The notes beneath the pieces were generated by a model, which searched no databases, was not told the origin of the DNA, and saw only the letters and a list, made by a program, of their open reading frames with translations. A stretch of DNA of 32,717 nucleotides, taken from assembly GCA_023247575.1 (NCBI GenBank), contig JAHFGE010000005.1:1-32717 (forward strand). The letters run 5' to 3'. Origin of the DNA: Candidatus Omnitrophota bacterium. Lineage in GTDB: Bacteria; Omnitrophota; Gorgyraeia; Zapsychrales; Fredricksoniimonadaceae. This document shows, one piece after another, positions 6,744 to 17,842 of the stretch (within the stretch, counting starts at the first letter, position 1; each line of letters begins with the position of its first letter). The position numbers and the translations under genes were made by a program.

Positions 6744-7142
6744 ATGTCTACAGCCGTTAAAGAAATCAGTAAGGAACAAGTAATCGAGTGGCTCTCCACC
6801 CAGCCGGTCCTTGAAATTGCCGGCCTTGTGAAGGATCTCGAAACCAAATGGGGCGTATCCGCAGCTGCTCCTGTGGCCGTGGCTGCCGCTGGTGGTGCCG
6901 CAGCAGGCGCTGCTCCTGCCGAGGAAAAAACCTCATTTGACGTCATCTTAAAAGAAGTGGATGCCGCTAAAAAAATCGCTGTGATCAAAGAGGTTCGCTC
7001 AGTCACGAATTTAGGTTTAGCTGAAGCCAAAACATTAGTCGAATCAGCTCCTAAAACCATCAAAGAAGCTGTTCCTAAGGCCGAAGCTGAAGAACTCAAA
7101 AAGAAAATTGAAGCTGCCGGCGCTAAAGTAGAATTGAAATAA
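6744..7142 (+). CDS. rplL: 50S ribosomal protein L7/L12
   Basis: Ala-rich hinge, [24 protein letters not shown]; ATG 6744 follows SD GGAGG (6731-6735). Confidence 0.97.
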   Translation: MSTAVKEISKEQVIEWLSTQPVLEIAGLVKDLETKWGVSAAAPVAVAAAGGAAAGAAPAEEKTSFDVILKEVDAAKKIAVIKEVRSVTNLGLAEAKTLVESAPKTIKEAVPKAEAEELKKKIEAAGAKVELK

Positions 7143-7161
7143 CCTTTGGTTATTTCAATTC
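7131..7161. promoter_or_regulatory. Perfect 14-bp inverted repeat over the rplL stop codon
   Basis: gaattgaaataacc-ttt-ggttatttcaattc; function (attenuation or processing) is inferred only from position. Confidence 0.55.
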
Positions 7162-7233
7162 CATCCTATCCCGCCTTGGCGTGAGAAGGATCCTTTGTCT
7201 TTAAGATTCTTCGCCCTTTGGGTTCAGAATGAC
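7162..7233. repeat. Degenerate inverted doublet of REP-like units in the rplL-rpoB spacer
   Basis: Left unit catcct...gaaggatcc (7162-7193); right unit agattcttcgccctttgggttcagaatgac (7204-7233), whose reverse complement reads gtcattct-gaacccaaagggcga-agaatct. Confidence 0.6.
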
Positions 7234-7279
7234 GAAAATTTTTTCGACCATTAACTTTAAGGAATATGGAATATAATAT

Positions 7280-10200
7280 ATGGAAAAACTAAAAATTAGA
7301 AATTTTAGTAAGTTCCAGGATAATTTTGAATTACCACAATTATTAGATATTCAAACTATTTCTTACGAAGAGTTCCTGCAAAGAGACGTCCTTTCCGATA
7401 AACGCAAAGATCGGGGATTGGAGGAAGTTTTTCGGGAAGTTTTTCCTCTGGAAAGCTATGATGCGCAGATTCGTCTGGAATATATTAGTTATAGTATCGG
7501 CAAAGAAAAGTATTCTCGCTTTGAATGTCAGCGTCGCGGGATGACTTATGCCGCTCCTTTAAAAGTAAAGCTACGCCTGATCACACCGGTTGACATCAAA
7601 GAACAAGAAGTCTATTTTGGTGATTTTCCATTAATGACAGATACGGGTACTTTTATTATCAACGGTGATGAACGGGTAGTAGTTTCTCAAATTCAGCGCC
7701 CCCCCGGCGTATCCTTTGAGGAAGAAACCCACCCAACGGGTAAAAGCATCTATCATGGCCGTATCATTCCATCTCGTGGGGCCTGGTTTGAAATCAAATA
7801 TGACCTTAACGATGTATTGATCGCCTATGTGGATCGTCGCCGTAATTTTCCGGCTACTCAAATCTTACGTATCATGGGGTTAGCTACCACCGATGATATG
7901 AAGAAAATGTTGGGCGATCATTTCGATAAACTTAAAAATACTTTAGAAAAAGATCACACCACCAATAAGGAAGAAGCCTTATTAGATTTCTATCGAAAAA
8001 TGCGTCCCACTGAACCGGCCACCATCGAAGTGGCAGAGACGTTATTTTTCCGTTTATTTTTTGATCCTAAACGTTATGACTTAAGCAAGGTCGGCCGTCA
8101 CATTGTTAACCGCAAATTAGGGACCAACGTCCCTATGGATAACCGGGTCCTCGATATTGAGACGGTGGTAGCGGTGATTAAGTATTTAATTGGTTTACGT
8201 GAGGGAACTGGAGAATGCGATGATATTGACCACCTTGGTAATCGCCGCATTAAATCAGTTGGAGAACTGGTTCAAAACCAGGTCCGCATCGGCTTAGCTA
8301 GACTAGAACGTTCGATTAAGGAACGTTTGGTGGTGATGAGCTCTTTTGAGAATTTAACCGTTCATCATTTGATTAACTCTCGGCTTTTTTCCAATCAGAT
8401 CCAGGATTTTTTTGCCCGCAGCCAGTTGTCGCAGTTTATGGATCAAGTCAATCCCTTATCGGAAATGACCCATAAACGCCGTATGTCCGCCTTAGGGCCA
8501 GGAGGACTTTCTCGTGAACGAGCTGGTTTCGAAGTGCGTGATGTTCACCCGACTCACTATGGCCGTGTCTGTCCTATTGAGACGCCTGAAGGTCCCAACA
8601 TCGGTTTGATTGCTTCTTTGACCACTTGTGCCAGGGTCAATGAACTGGGCTTTATTGAAACCCCTTACCGTAAAGTTGTCGACGGTAAACTTAGCAAGAA
8701 AATTGAATATTTAACGGCTGATGTCGATCAAAACAAACACATTGCGCAGGCGAATACACCCGTGGATAAAGACGGTAATTTCACAGAAAGCCTAGTGTCG
8801 TGTCGTTATAAAGGGGATTTCCCTCACATTAAACCTCAAAAAGTGGAGTATATGGATGTGTCGCCTAAACAATTAGTATCTGTGGCGGCTGCTTTAATTC
8901 CTTTCCTTGAACACGATGATGCTAACCGTGCGCTGATGGGGTCTAATATGCAGCGTCAATCGGTGCCTTTAATGGTTTCGGAAGTTCCTCTGGTCGGAAC
9001 TGGTATGGAGGCCAAGGTGGCTCGGGATTCAGGTGTCGTTGTCATAGCCCATGAAGATGGTACTGTAACCAAGGTCGATGGCCGTGAAATTGTGATTGGA
9101 AAAACGCTTTATCCTTTAAAGAATTTTCAGCGTTCTAATGCCAATACTTGTGTGCATCAGCGTCCATTGGTTAAATCTGGGCAAAAGGTAGAGGCTGGAG
9201 AGGTCGTTGCCGACGGTATCGGTACTAAATATGGCCGTTTGGCCTTGGGCCGCAATGTGCTGGTAGCCTTCATGCCGTGGCGTGGATATAACTTTGAGGA
9301 CGCCATTTTGATCAATGAACGCATTGTACGTGAAGATGTTTTTACCTCTATTCACATCGAGCGTTTTGAATGCGAATGTCGCGAGACCCGCCTAGGCAAT
9401 GAAGAAGTCACCCGTGATATTCCCAATGTCGGCGATGAAGCTCTCAAGGATCTCACCGAAGAAGGTATCATCCGCGTGGGGGCAGAAGTTAAAGCCGGCG
9501 ATATTTTGGTCGGTAAAGTTACTCCCAAAAGCGAAAAGGAACTTTCCCCTGAAGAACGCCTTTTGCGTGCCATTTTCGGTGAGAAAGCCGCAGATGTTCG
9601 GGATACTTCCTTGACTTTGCCTCCGGGCATTGAAGGAGTTATTGTGAATGTGGAAGTCTTTGCCCGCAATGAGCGCGGTCGCAAATCCAAACAAGACAAA
9701 ACAAAAGAAAACGCAGCCGTTCATAAAATTAAAGAATACTACAGGCAAGAAATAGAAATTATTAACCAAGAGAAAGATGCGAAGTTAAGCAAAATCTTGG
9801 GCATTGATAAGAAGCGCGTAGCTAAACTAACCATCGAGGATATTGATGAAAGTTCCGAGGCTCGCGAAGTGATGGGTTTTTATATGGACAAAATCGCTCA
9901 ATTGATGGAGGAGCAAGAGAGAGAGTTGGATTTGATCCGTCGTGGCGATGAGCTACCCGCGGGTGTATTAAAGCGTGTCGTGGTGTATGTAGCTACCAAA
10001 CGTAAGATTTCCGTCGGGGATAAAATGGCTGGCCGTCATGGTAACAAAGGTATTGTTTCCCGTATTATGCCGGAAGAAGATATGCCATTTTTAGAGGATG
10101 GCCGATCAGTCGATATCGTGCTTAATCCTTTGGGCGTGCCTTCCCGTATGAATGTGGGACAACTTTTGGAGACTCATTTAGGCTGGGCGGCGCAGGCCCT

Positions 10201-10732
10201 GGGTTTTTATACGGAAAGCCCAGTATTTAACGGTGCTACCGAGGAGGAGATTCGCGAGCTTCTTAAAACGGCTGATTTACCTTCCGACGGTAAAGCCATG
10301 GTTTTCGATGGACATACTGGGCTTCTCTTTGAGCAGAAGGTAACCGTCGGTTACATTTATATGCTTAAACTTAATCACTTAGTGGATGAAAAGATACATG
10401 CCCGTTCCATTGGACCTTATTCGTTGGTTACTCAACAGCCTTTGGGTGGTAAAGCACAATTTGGTGGTCAGCGTTTTGGAGAAATGGAAGTTTGGGCTTT
10501 GGAAGCCTATGGGGCGGCTTATACGTTGCAGGAAATATTGACCGTCAAATCCGATGATGTCAACGGACGTAGCCGTATTTATGAGGCTATTGTCAAGGGT
10601 GAACAGGCGCTCGCTCCTGGAACGCCGGAATCCTTCAACGTTTTAGTTAAAGAGTTGCAAGGTCTTTGCCTTGACATTCGCATGGAAAAAGCTGAATTCG
10701 AACAACCTCAAAAGGAAGAAGCCAAACGATGA
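7280..10732 (+). CDS. rpoB: DNA-directed RNA polymerase subunit beta
   Basis: [47 protein letters not shown]. Confidence 0.99.
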   Translation: MEKLKIRNFSKFQDNFELPQLLDIQTISYEEFLQRDVLSDKRKDRGLEEVFREVFPLESYDAQIRLEYISYSIGKEKYSRFECQRRGMTYAAPLKVKLRLITPVDIKEQEVYFGDFPLMTDTGTFIINGDERVVVSQIQRPPGVSFEEETHPTGKSIYHGRIIPSRGAWFEIKYDLNDVLIAYVDRRRNFPATQILRIMGLATTDDMKKMLGDHFDKLKNTLEKDHTTNKEEALLDFYRKMRPTEPATIEVAETLFFRLFFDPKRYDLSKVGRHIVNRKLGTNVPMDNRVLDIETVVAVIKYLIGLREGTGECDDIDHLGNRRIKSVGELVQNQVRIGLARLERSIKERLVVMSSFENLTVHHLINSRLFSNQIQDFFARSQLSQFMDQVNPLSEMTHKRRMSALGPGGLSRERAGFEVRDVHPTHYGRVCPIETPEGPNIGLIASLTTCARVNELGFIETPYRKVVDGKLSKKIEYLTADVDQNKHIAQANTPVDKDGNFTESLVSCRYKGDFPHIKPQKVEYMDVSPKQLVSVAAALIPFLEHDDANRALMGSNMQRQSVPLMVSEVPLVGTGMEAKVARDSGVVVIAHEDGTVTKVDGREIVIGKTLYPLKNFQRSNANTCVHQRPLVKSGQKVEAGEVVADGIGTKYGRLALGRNVLVAFMPWRGYNFEDAILINERIVREDVFTSIHIERFECECRETRLGNEEVTRDIPNVGDEALKDLTEEGIIRVGAEVKAGDILVGKVTPKSEKELSPEERLLRAIFGEKAADVRDTSLTLPPGIEGVIVNVEVFARNERGRKSKQDKTKENAAVHKIKEYYRQEIEIINQEKDAKLSKILGIDKKRVAKLTIEDIDESSEAREVMGFYMDKIAQLMEEQERELDLIRRGDELPAGVLKRVVVYVATKRKISVGDKMAGRHGNKGIVSRIMPEEDMPFLEDGRSVDIVLNPLGVPSRMNVGQLLETHLGWAAQALGFYTESPVFNGATEEEIRELLKTADLPSDGKAMVFDGHTGLLFEQKVTVGYIYMLKLNHLVDEKIHARSIGPYSLVTQQPLGGKAQFGGQRFGEMEVWALEAYGAAYTLQEILTVKSDDVNGRSRIYEAIVKGEQALAPGTPESFNVLVKELQGLCLDIRMEKAEFEQPQKEEAKR

Positions 10733-13700
10733 GCAAAATAGATATTACCAAACAAGATCGCATTACGATTAAAATAGCTTCTCCAGAAATTATCTCTTCC
10801 TGGTCTAACGGTGCCGTAAAGAAAGCTGAAACGCTTAATTACCGCACCTTGAAACCGGAAAAGGATGGTCTTTTCTGTGAGAAGATTTTTGGTCCGATTC
10901 GTGACTGGGAGTGCAACTGCGGTAAATATAAAGGCATTAAATTTAAGGGGATCACCTGTGACCGTTGTGGTGTTTTGGTGACTCGTTCTTCAGTGCGTCG
11001 TGAGCGCATGGGACATATTGATTTGGCCTGCCCTGTAACGCATATTTGGTTTTACAAGGCTATCCCATCTCGTTTGGCGGCCTTATTACAAGTGGGCTTA
11101 CGTGATTTGGAGAAGCTCATTTACTACGAAGAATATGTGGTCATCGATCCTGGGACTACACCTTTAAAGAAAAAACAGTTCCTCTCCGAGGATGAGTATC
11201 AAGATGTCATGGTCAAACACGGTGGAGCTTTCAAAGCTAAAATCGGTGCTGAAGCTATCCAGGATCTTCTTAAGGAGCTTGACCTAAATAGTCTATGCAA
11301 AAAATTACGTAAAGATTTGACTGAAGCTAACCCCAACGGAACGAACTTTAAAAAATTAGCGAAGACTTTAAAGATCGTTGAAGATTTCAAAGCTTCTGGC
11401 AATAAACCTGAATGGATGGTTTTAGATGTTTTGCCGGTGATTCCCCCGGATCTTCGTCCCTTAGTGCCTTTGGAAGGGGGACGCTTTGCTACTTCCGATT
11501 TGAATGATCTTTATCGTAGGGTGATTAACCGTAATAACCGTTTAAAGAAACTGATTGATTTGAATGCTCCAGAAATCATTATCCGTAATGAAAAACGCAT
11601 GCTTCAGGAGGCAGTAGATGCGCTTTTGGATAATGGTCGTCATGGACGTCCAGTGTTAGGTAGCGGCAACCGTCCTTTGAAGTCTCTATCCGATATGCTT
11701 AAAGGCAAACAAGGTCGTTTTCGTATGAACCTTTTGGGTAAGCGTGTTGATTATTCTGGTCGTTCCGTTATTGTGGTTGGTCCTGAATTGAAATTGCATC
11801 AATGCGGTTTACCGAAGAAAATGGCCTTGGAATTATTTGAGCCTTTTATCATTCGCAAATTGCGCGAAAAAGGTTTTGTGCACACGATCAAGGGTGCCAA
11901 ACGCATGGTTGAACGTGCCAAAATTGAAGTTTGGGATATCTTAGATGAAGTGATTCAAGATCATCCGGTTATGCTTAACCGTGCACCAACTCTGCACCGC
12001 CTGTCCATTCAGGCTTTTCAACCGGTTTTGATTGAAGGTAAGGCCATCAAACTACATCCATTAGTTTGTACAGCATTTAACGCTGACTTCGATGGTGACC
12101 AAATGGCTGTGCATATACCATTGAGCTTGGAGGCTCAAATTGAATGTCGTTTACAGTTATTGTCCGTTAATAATTTGTTTTCGCCAGCCGATGGTCGCCC
12201 GGTAGTTTCTCCCACTCAGGATATTGTTCTTGGGCTTTATTATTTGACCAAGGAGAGGCCTGGAGCCAAAGGAGAAGGGCATTTATTTGCCAGCCGCGAA
12301 GAAATTAAAATCGCTTACTATGATGGCTATCTCGATCTTCATACCCGTATAAAATTGCGTTTGAATGTTCCGGTCTGGGGTCAAGAAAAACCATCATTGA
12401 TTATTCAGCCGGAAGTCAAAGGAGGCAAGAAAGAAGAAGCTAAAACCAAGACCACTACGATTATTGAAACTACCGTCGGAAGAGTATTTTTTAACGACAT
12501 TTTGCCTGTTGATTACGGCTTTGTTAATGAGTTGTTAGACAAAAAACGCATTGGAGCCGTCATTGCGGATTGTTACAAGCGTTTTGGGCAACATCGTACT
12601 GTTCAACTGCTCGATGATGCTAAACAATTAGGGTTTGCCAAGTCTACGGAAGCTGGGATATCCATTGGCATGACAGATTTAACCATCCCCGAAGATAAAG
12701 CTAAAATCATTGCCGTCGCTAAAGCGGAGGTGGCTAAAGTTGATGATCAGTACCGCAAAGGTATTATCACTGGTCGCGAACGTTATAATAAAGTCATTGA
12801 CGTATGGACACATACGACGGAAACACTTTCCGATATGGTGTTTAAGAAAATGGACCCATTTAATCCTGTTTACATCATGGCTGACTCTGGGGCTCGAGGT
12901 TCTAAGCTTCAGATTCGTCAGCTTTCTGGTATGCGGGGGCTTATGGCTAAACCATCGGGGGAAATTATTGAAAATCCTATCACTGCTTCGTTCCGCGAGG
13001 GGTTAACGGTGCTCGAGTATTTCATCTCGACCCATGGTGCCCGTAAGGGTTTGGCGGATACCGCTTTAAAGACCGCTGATGCTGGCTACCTGACTCGCCG
13101 TCTAGTTGATGTGGCCCAGGAAGTGGTTGTTACCGAACCGGATTGTGGAACGGTCAATGGAATTACTGTTGCTGCTATTACCGAAGGTGATGAAGTGGTG
13201 GTTTCCTTGAAAGAGCGCATTGTTGGGCGCGTGGCCTTAGACAATATTGTGGATATCGTTACCGATACTCAAGTAGTGGCTGCGGGGGAAGTCATTACGG
13301 AAGAAAAAGCGGATATGATCGAACAGTTAGGTATTGAAAAAGTTCGTATCCGTTCCGTGTTGACTTGTGAGGCGGAATATGGTATTTGCGTTAAATGCTA
13401 TGGCCGCAACTTGGCTACCCAACGACTAGTGGAAATCGGGGAGGCTGTTGGTACCATTGCGGCTCAAAGTATCGGCGAGCCTGGTACCCAGTTGACCATG
13501 CGTACCTTTCACATAGGCGGTACAGCTTCTCGTACTATTGAACAATCCTTCATTAAAGTTAAACAAGATGGTATTGTTAAATATCATCAGTTGCGAGTGG
13601 TCCAGCGTGGTAAAGAATACATCGTCTTAAATCGTAATGGCGCGGTCAGTATCAATAATGAGTTTGGACGTGAGTTCGAGCGTCATCCGCTTCCTCAAGG

Positions 13701-14832
13701 TGCGGCTTTAACTTTTGCTGATGGGAAAAATATTAGCAAAGGGGCAGTGGTAGCCACTTGGGATCCCTACACGATTCCCATTATTACAGAAGCCAAAGGT
13801 AAAGTGTCTTTCGAAGATTTAATTGAAGGCATGACCTATCAGCGTGAAGAAAATCCTGTAACCGGTATTGTGGAGCGCGTAGTAGTTGAACACAAACAGG
13901 AACATCATCCGCAGATTATTATTAAGGATGATAAGGGTGAAATTGTGGGGATTTATTCAATCCCCGTCGGAGCTCACATTTTAGTTAATGATAAAGATGT
14001 GGTTTCCGCTGGTGAATTAATTGCTAAAATTCCTCGTGGTGCCAGCAAGACTCGTGATATTACCGGTGGTCTTCCTCGTGTAGCTGAACTCTTTGAAGCT
14101 CGTCGTCCTAAAGATCCAGCTGTCATTTCTGAAATTGACGGCATCGTAGAGTTTGGTGAAGACAAGCGCGGTCTGCGGACGATTATTGTCAGAAGCAGCA
14201 CTGGTATGGTCAAGGAGTATACCATTCCTCATGGTAAACATCCCAATGTCTATAAAGGTGACCATGTTTACGCTGGTCAGCAATTGACGGATGGTCCAGT
14301 GGTACCGCATGATATTTTACGTGTCAGTGGAGATAAAGCATTACAAGAATATCTTCTTAATGAAGTTCAGGAAGTTTATCGTCTACAAGGGGTGCGCATC
14401 AATGATAAGCACATTGAAATTATTATTTCTCAAATGCTTAAGAAAGTGCGCATTGATAATATTGGAGATACCGATTTTCTCATTGGTGATCAAGTGAACC
14501 GTATGACCTTTAAAAAAGCCAACGAAGTTGTTCTTAAAAAGAAGGGTAAGCCAGCGCAAGCTACTCCTTTGCTGCTGGGAATTACTAAGGTATCTTTGAC
14601 GACGGAAAGTTTTATTTCTGCTGCTAGTTTCCAAGAGACAACAAGAGTCTTGACAGAGGCAGCAGCGTCAGGTAAAATCGACCTTTTACGTGGATTGAAA
14701 GAAAACGTCATCGTCGGGCATTTAATCCCGGCTGGGACAGGAATCGGTGAATACAAGCAAATAGAAAGTGTCAAGTATGCCAACGATAGCACAACTCATC
14801 AGACACCGCAGACGGTTGAAAATCAGGCATAG
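10729..14832 (+). CDS. rpoC: DNA-directed RNA polymerase subunit beta'
   Basis: Zn finger (CNCGKY...CDRC), catalytic [30 protein letters not shown]. Confidence 0.99.
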   Translation: MSKIDITKQDRITIKIASPEIISSWSNGAVKKAETLNYRTLKPEKDGLFCEKIFGPIRDWECNCGKYKGIKFKGITCDRCGVLVTRSSVRRERMGHIDLACPVTHIWFYKAIPSRLAALLQVGLRDLEKLIYYEEYVVIDPGTTPLKKKQFLSEDEYQDVMVKHGGAFKAKIGAEAIQDLLKELDLNSLCKKLRKDLTEANPNGTNFKKLAKTLKIVEDFKASGNKPEWMVLDVLPVIPPDLRPLVPLEGGRFATSDLNDLYRRVINRNNRLKKLIDLNAPEIIIRNEKRMLQEAVDALLDNGRHGRPVLGSGNRPLKSLSDMLKGKQGRFRMNLLGKRVDYSGRSVIVVGPELKLHQCGLPKKMALELFEPFIIRKLREKGFVHTIKGAKRMVERAKIEVWDILDEVIQDHPVMLNRAPTLHRLSIQAFQPVLIEGKAIKLHPLVCTAFNADFDGDQMAVHIPLSLEAQIECRLQLLSVNNLFSPADGRPVVSPTQDIVLGLYYLTKERPGAKGEGHLFASREEIKIAYYDGYLDLHTRIKLRLNVPVWGQEKPSLIIQPEVKGGKKEEAKTKTTTIIETTVGRVFFNDILPVDYGFVNELLDKKRIGAVIADCYKRFGQHRTVQLLDDAKQLGFAKSTEAGISIGMTDLTIPEDKAKIIAVAKAEVAKVDDQYRKGIITGRERYNKVIDVWTHTTETLSDMVFKKMDPFNPVYIMADSGARGSKLQIRQLSGMRGLMAKPSGEIIENPITASFREGLTVLEYFISTHGARKGLADTALKTADAGYLTRRLVDVAQEVVVTEPDCGTVNGITVAAITEGDEVVVSLKERIVGRVALDNIVDIVTDTQVVAAGEVITEEKADMIEQLGIEKVRIRSVLTCEAEYGICVKCYGRNLATQRLVEIGEAVGTIAAQSIGEPGTQLTMRTFHIGGTASRTIEQSFIKVKQDGIVKYHQLRVVQRGKEYIVLNRNGAVSINNEFGREFERHPLPQGAALTFADGKNISKGAVVATWDPYTIPIITEAKGKVSFEDLIEGMTYQREENPVTGIVERVVVEHKQEHHPQIIIKDDKGEIVGIYSIPVGAHILVNDKDVVSAGELIAKIPRGASKTRDITGGLPRVAELFEARRPKDPAVISEIDGIVEFGEDKRGLRTIIVRSSTGMVKEYTIPHGKHPNVYKGDHVYAGQQLTDGPVVPHDILRVSGDKALQEYLLNEVQEVYRLQGVRINDKHIEIIISQMLKKVRIDNIGDTDFLIGDQVNRMTFKKANEVVLKKKGKPAQATPLLLGITKVSLTTESFISAASFQETTRVLTEAAASGKIDLLRGLKENVIVGHLIPAGTGIGEYKQIESVKYANDSTTHQTPQTVENQA

Positions 14833-15148
14833 TAAATCTCCTGCGCTAACAGGTTGCCCTCAACGTCGCGGCGTTTGTCTGCAGGTTAAAACTATGACAC
14901 CGAAAAAACCGAACTCAGCTCTTCGTAAAATTGCTCGTGTACGTTTGTCAAATAAAATCGAAGTTACCTCTTACATTCCCGGAGAGGGCCATAATTTGCA
15001 GGAACACTCGATTGTGTTGGTGCGAGGGGGGCGTGTTAAGGATCTACCGGGTGTACGTTATCATATTGTGCGGGGGACAATGGATACAGCGGGTGTGGCT
15101 AACCGTAAAAAGAGCCGTTCTAAATATGGGGCTAAAAAGGGTAAGTAA
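14777..15148 (+). CDS. rpsL: 30S ribosomal protein S12
   Basis: MPTIAQL start (ATG 14777), [21 protein letters not shown]. Confidence 0.98.
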   Translation: MPTIAQLIRHRRRLKIRHSKSPALTGCPQRRGVCLQVKTMTPKKPNSALRKIARVRLSNKIEVTSYIPGEGHNLQEHSIVLVRGGRVKDLPGVRYHIVRGTMDTAGVANRKKSRSKYGAKKGK

Positions 15149-15151
15149 TTC

Positions 15152-15622
15152 ATGAGAAGACGTCGTGCAGAAAAAAGAAAAGTCACAGGTGATCCTAAAT
15201 ATAACAGTGAATCAGTGACCCGTTTTATTTCCATTATTATGACAAGGGGTAAAAGAACTATTGCCGAACGAATAGTTTATAGTGCTTTGGATATCTTGAA
15301 GGAAAAAACTCAGGAAGAAAATCCTATCAAAGCTCTTAATAAAGCTATTGATAATGTACGTCCGCGTTTGGAAGTCAAATCTCGTCGGGTGGGTGGGGCC
15401 ACTTATCAGGTTCCCACCGATGTATTGCCAGTACGTGGAATGTCTTTGGCCATGCGTTGGATTCGTGATTTTGCTAGAAATAAAAAAGGTAAACCAATGG
15501 AAATTAAACTCGCCGAAGAATTAGTATCCGCATACAAATCCGAAGGTCCGGCGATTAAGAGACGTGATGAAACACATAAAATGGCGGAAGCCAACCGTGC
15601 TTTCAGCCATTTAAGGTGGTAA
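15152..15622 (+). CDS. rpsG: 30S ribosomal protein S7
   Basis: EVKSRRVGGATYQVP, HKMAEANRAF. Confidence 0.98.
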   Translation: MRRRRAEKRKVTGDPKYNSESVTRFISIIMTRGKRTIAERIVYSALDILKEKTQEENPIKALNKAIDNVRPRLEVKSRRVGGATYQVPTDVLPVRGMSLAMRWIRDFARNKKGKPMEIKLAEELVSAYKSEGPAIKRRDETHKMAEANRAFSHLRW

Positions 15623-15641
15623 AGAAAAAAATATTGAGGGA

Positions 15642-15667
15642 AAAGGGGGCACCAAAGTGCCCCCTTT
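15642..15667. terminator. Terminator-like hairpin between rpsG and fusA
   Basis: aaagggggcac-caaa-gtgcccccttt; 8-bp GC-rich core with only short T runs on either strand. Confidence 0.45.
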
Positions 15668-15676
15668 CGTATAAAT

Positions 15677-17791
15677 ATGCCAAGTAATGCTATACCTTTA
15701 AATAAATTTCGTAATTTTGGAATTATCGCCCATATTGATGCTGGTAAAACTACCACTACTGAACGTATCCTTTATTACACCGGTGTTATTCATAAAATGG
15801 GAGATATTGACGAGGGTAATACCACTATGGACTGGATGCCACAAGAACAGGAACGCGGTATTACTATCACAGCTGCAGCCACGACTTGCTTTTGGCGTGA
15901 TCACCGTTTAAACATTATTGATACTCCTGGTCACGTAGATTTTACTATCGAAGTTGAGCGTTCTTTGAAGGTCCTGGATGGTTGCGTGATTGTTTTATGC
16001 GGATGTTCCGGTGTTCAGCCTCAAACCGAGACAGTTTATCGTCAGGCCGATAAATACAATGTTCCGCGCATCGCCTTTGTCAACAAAATTGATCGTTTGG
16101 GTGCTGATTTTGATCGCGTCGTTGGTGAAGTGCATGAACGTCTGGGCGCTAATGCCGCTGGAATCGAGTTTCCCGATGGCACAGAAGATAATTTTAAAGG
16201 CATTGTGGATGTTATCAATGAGCAATACATTCAGTATAAAGACAAAGATGGTATGGAATATGAGCGATTGACTTTGCCCGAACAATTTAAGAATAAAGTC
16301 AAGAAATACCGTCATGACTTGATTGAACGCTTGGCGGAAGTTGATGATGAAATGGCGGACTTATTTCTTAACGGCAAGGAACCTACCAAAGAACAAATTA
16401 TGACTGCGATTCGTCGCACTGTCATCACATGTAAATTCATTCCTGTTTTGGTAGGTACCTCTTTAAGAAATAGAGGGGTCCAAATGGTCCTTGATGCCAT
16501 TGTGGATTTTCTCCCATCCCCGCTTGATATCCCTCCTATGAAAGGTCATGACCCTGATAACAAAGAAGAAATGATCCAGTTAAAAGCTGATGATATCCAA
16601 CCACCGGTAGGTTTGGTTTTTAAAATTGCTTCTGATCCTTATGTTGGTAAAATTTTCTTTACTCGTATTTATTCCGGTAAATTCGTTCCCGGTCAACCTT
16701 ATTTGAATTCTTCCAATGGCAAAAGAGAAAAAATTTCTAAGATTGTGTTGATGCATGCCAATAAGCAGGAAATTGTTAGTTCTGCTTCGGCCGGTGAAAT
16801 TGTTGCCTTGGTGGGCCTCAAAGAGTCCAAATCAGGTGATACTTTATGCTCGGAAGACAAACCCATTTTATTGGAAGGATTGAGACCGCCAGAACCGGTT
16901 GTTTCCCTAGCGATTGAACCTAAAACTAAAGCTGCCCAAGACAAGATGGGAATTGTTTTACGTAAATTTTTGGATGAGGACCCTTCCTTGCGTGTGAAAT
17001 TCGATCAAGAAACTTCTCAAACAATTATTTCCGGTATGGGGGAATTACATTTGGAAATCATTGTAGACCGCATGAAGCGGGAAAATAATTTGGAGGCTAA
17101 TGTTGGGCGCCCTGAAGTTGCTTATAAGGAAGCTATTATCAAAAAAGTTACAGGTATTGTAGGTAAATATATTTCTCAAACCGGTGGTCGAGGTAAATAT
17201 GGTCATTGCGTGATTGATGTTGAGCCAGCTGAGCATGGTAAAGGGATTGTGTTTATTGATAAAATTAGAAGCGGGGCCATTCCTCGCGAATTTATTAAGC
17301 CAACTTTCGAAGGTATTGAAATAGGCGCACAAAATGGTATACTAGCTGGTTATCCAGTAACCGATTTTATCGTTACCTTGGTAGATGGTTCTTACCATGA
17401 CGTTGATTCAGATGAAATGTCGTTTCAGCTAGCTGGTAAACGAGCGGTTCAAGAAGCCTTTCGGCAAATCCACAAAATTGGAGGATATGTTTTTCAAGAA
17501 CCGATTATGAAATTGGAGATTACGGTTCCTGAAGATTATTGGGGGAATGTTATTGGTGATTTAATGACCCGTCGGGCTCAAATCAAGGAAACCGGCAACC
17601 GTGGTAAATTAAAAACTGCTATTGCCAATGTTCCCTTGGCTGAAATGTTTGGCTACGCGAATGCGCTGCGGTCTCTGACACAGGGGCGCGCATCATTCTC
17701 TATGGAACCTTCGTTTTACGCGCAGGTTCCTAATCAAATCGCTGAAAAAATCATCGGCGCTCGTCAAGAGATCGCCGCAAAAAGGAGTTGA
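15677..17791 (+). CDS. fusA: Elongation factor G
   Basis: AHIDAGKTT, ERGITI, DTPGHVDF, NKID, GMGELHL; str operon position. Confidence 0.97.
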   Translation: MPSNAIPLNKFRNFGIIAHIDAGKTTTTERILYYTGVIHKMGDIDEGNTTMDWMPQEQERGITITAAATTCFWRDHRLNIIDTPGHVDFTIEVERSLKVLDGCVIVLCGCSGVQPQTETVYRQADKYNVPRIAFVNKIDRLGADFDRVVGEVHERLGANAAGIEFPDGTEDNFKGIVDVINEQYIQYKDKDGMEYERLTLPEQFKNKVKKYRHDLIERLAEVDDEMADLFLNGKEPTKEQIMTAIRRTVITCKFIPVLVGTSLRNRGVQMVLDAIVDFLPSPLDIPPMKGHDPDNKEEMIQLKADDIQPPVGLVFKIASDPYVGKIFFTRIYSGKFVPGQPYLNSSNGKREKISKIVLMHANKQEIVSSASAGEIVALVGLKESKSGDTLCSEDKPILLEGLRPPEPVVSLAIEPKTKAAQDKMGIVLRKFLDEDPSLRVKFDQETSQTIISGMGELHLEIIVDRMKRENNLEANVGRPEVAYKEAIIKKVTGIVGKYISQTGGRGKYGHCVIDVEPAEHGKGIVFIDKIRSGAIPREFIKPTFEGIEIGAQNGILAGYPVTDFIVTLVDGSYHDVDSDEMSFQLAGKRAVQEAFRQIHKIGGYVFQEPIMKLEITVPEDYWGNVIGDLMTRRAQIKETGNRGKLKTAIANVPLAEMFGYANALRSLTQGRASFSMEPSFYAQVPNQIAEKIIGARQEIAAKRS

Positions 17792-17842
17792 GTCTATACA
17801 CTTAATATAATAGAAAAGAACAATAAAACGGAGGATTAGGCA

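Noticed and set aside
7261-7279. ggaatat tandem duplication and TATAAT just before rpoB
   Set aside because: Too short and AT-rich to distinguish from chance, and too close to the ATG for a leadered promoter.
8420-8500. Rifampicin-resistance substitutions in RpoB cluster I
   Set aside because: The key Q, D, H and S positions (SQFMDQ...THKRRMSAL) match the sensitive consensus.
17161-17200. 10-nt direct repeat aggtaaatat in fusA
   Set aside because: Explained by two GKY tripeptides using the preferred codons.
17788-17811. Possible internal tuf promoter (TTGAGT ... TATAAT)
   Set aside because: The spacer is only 12 bp and there is no extended -10.
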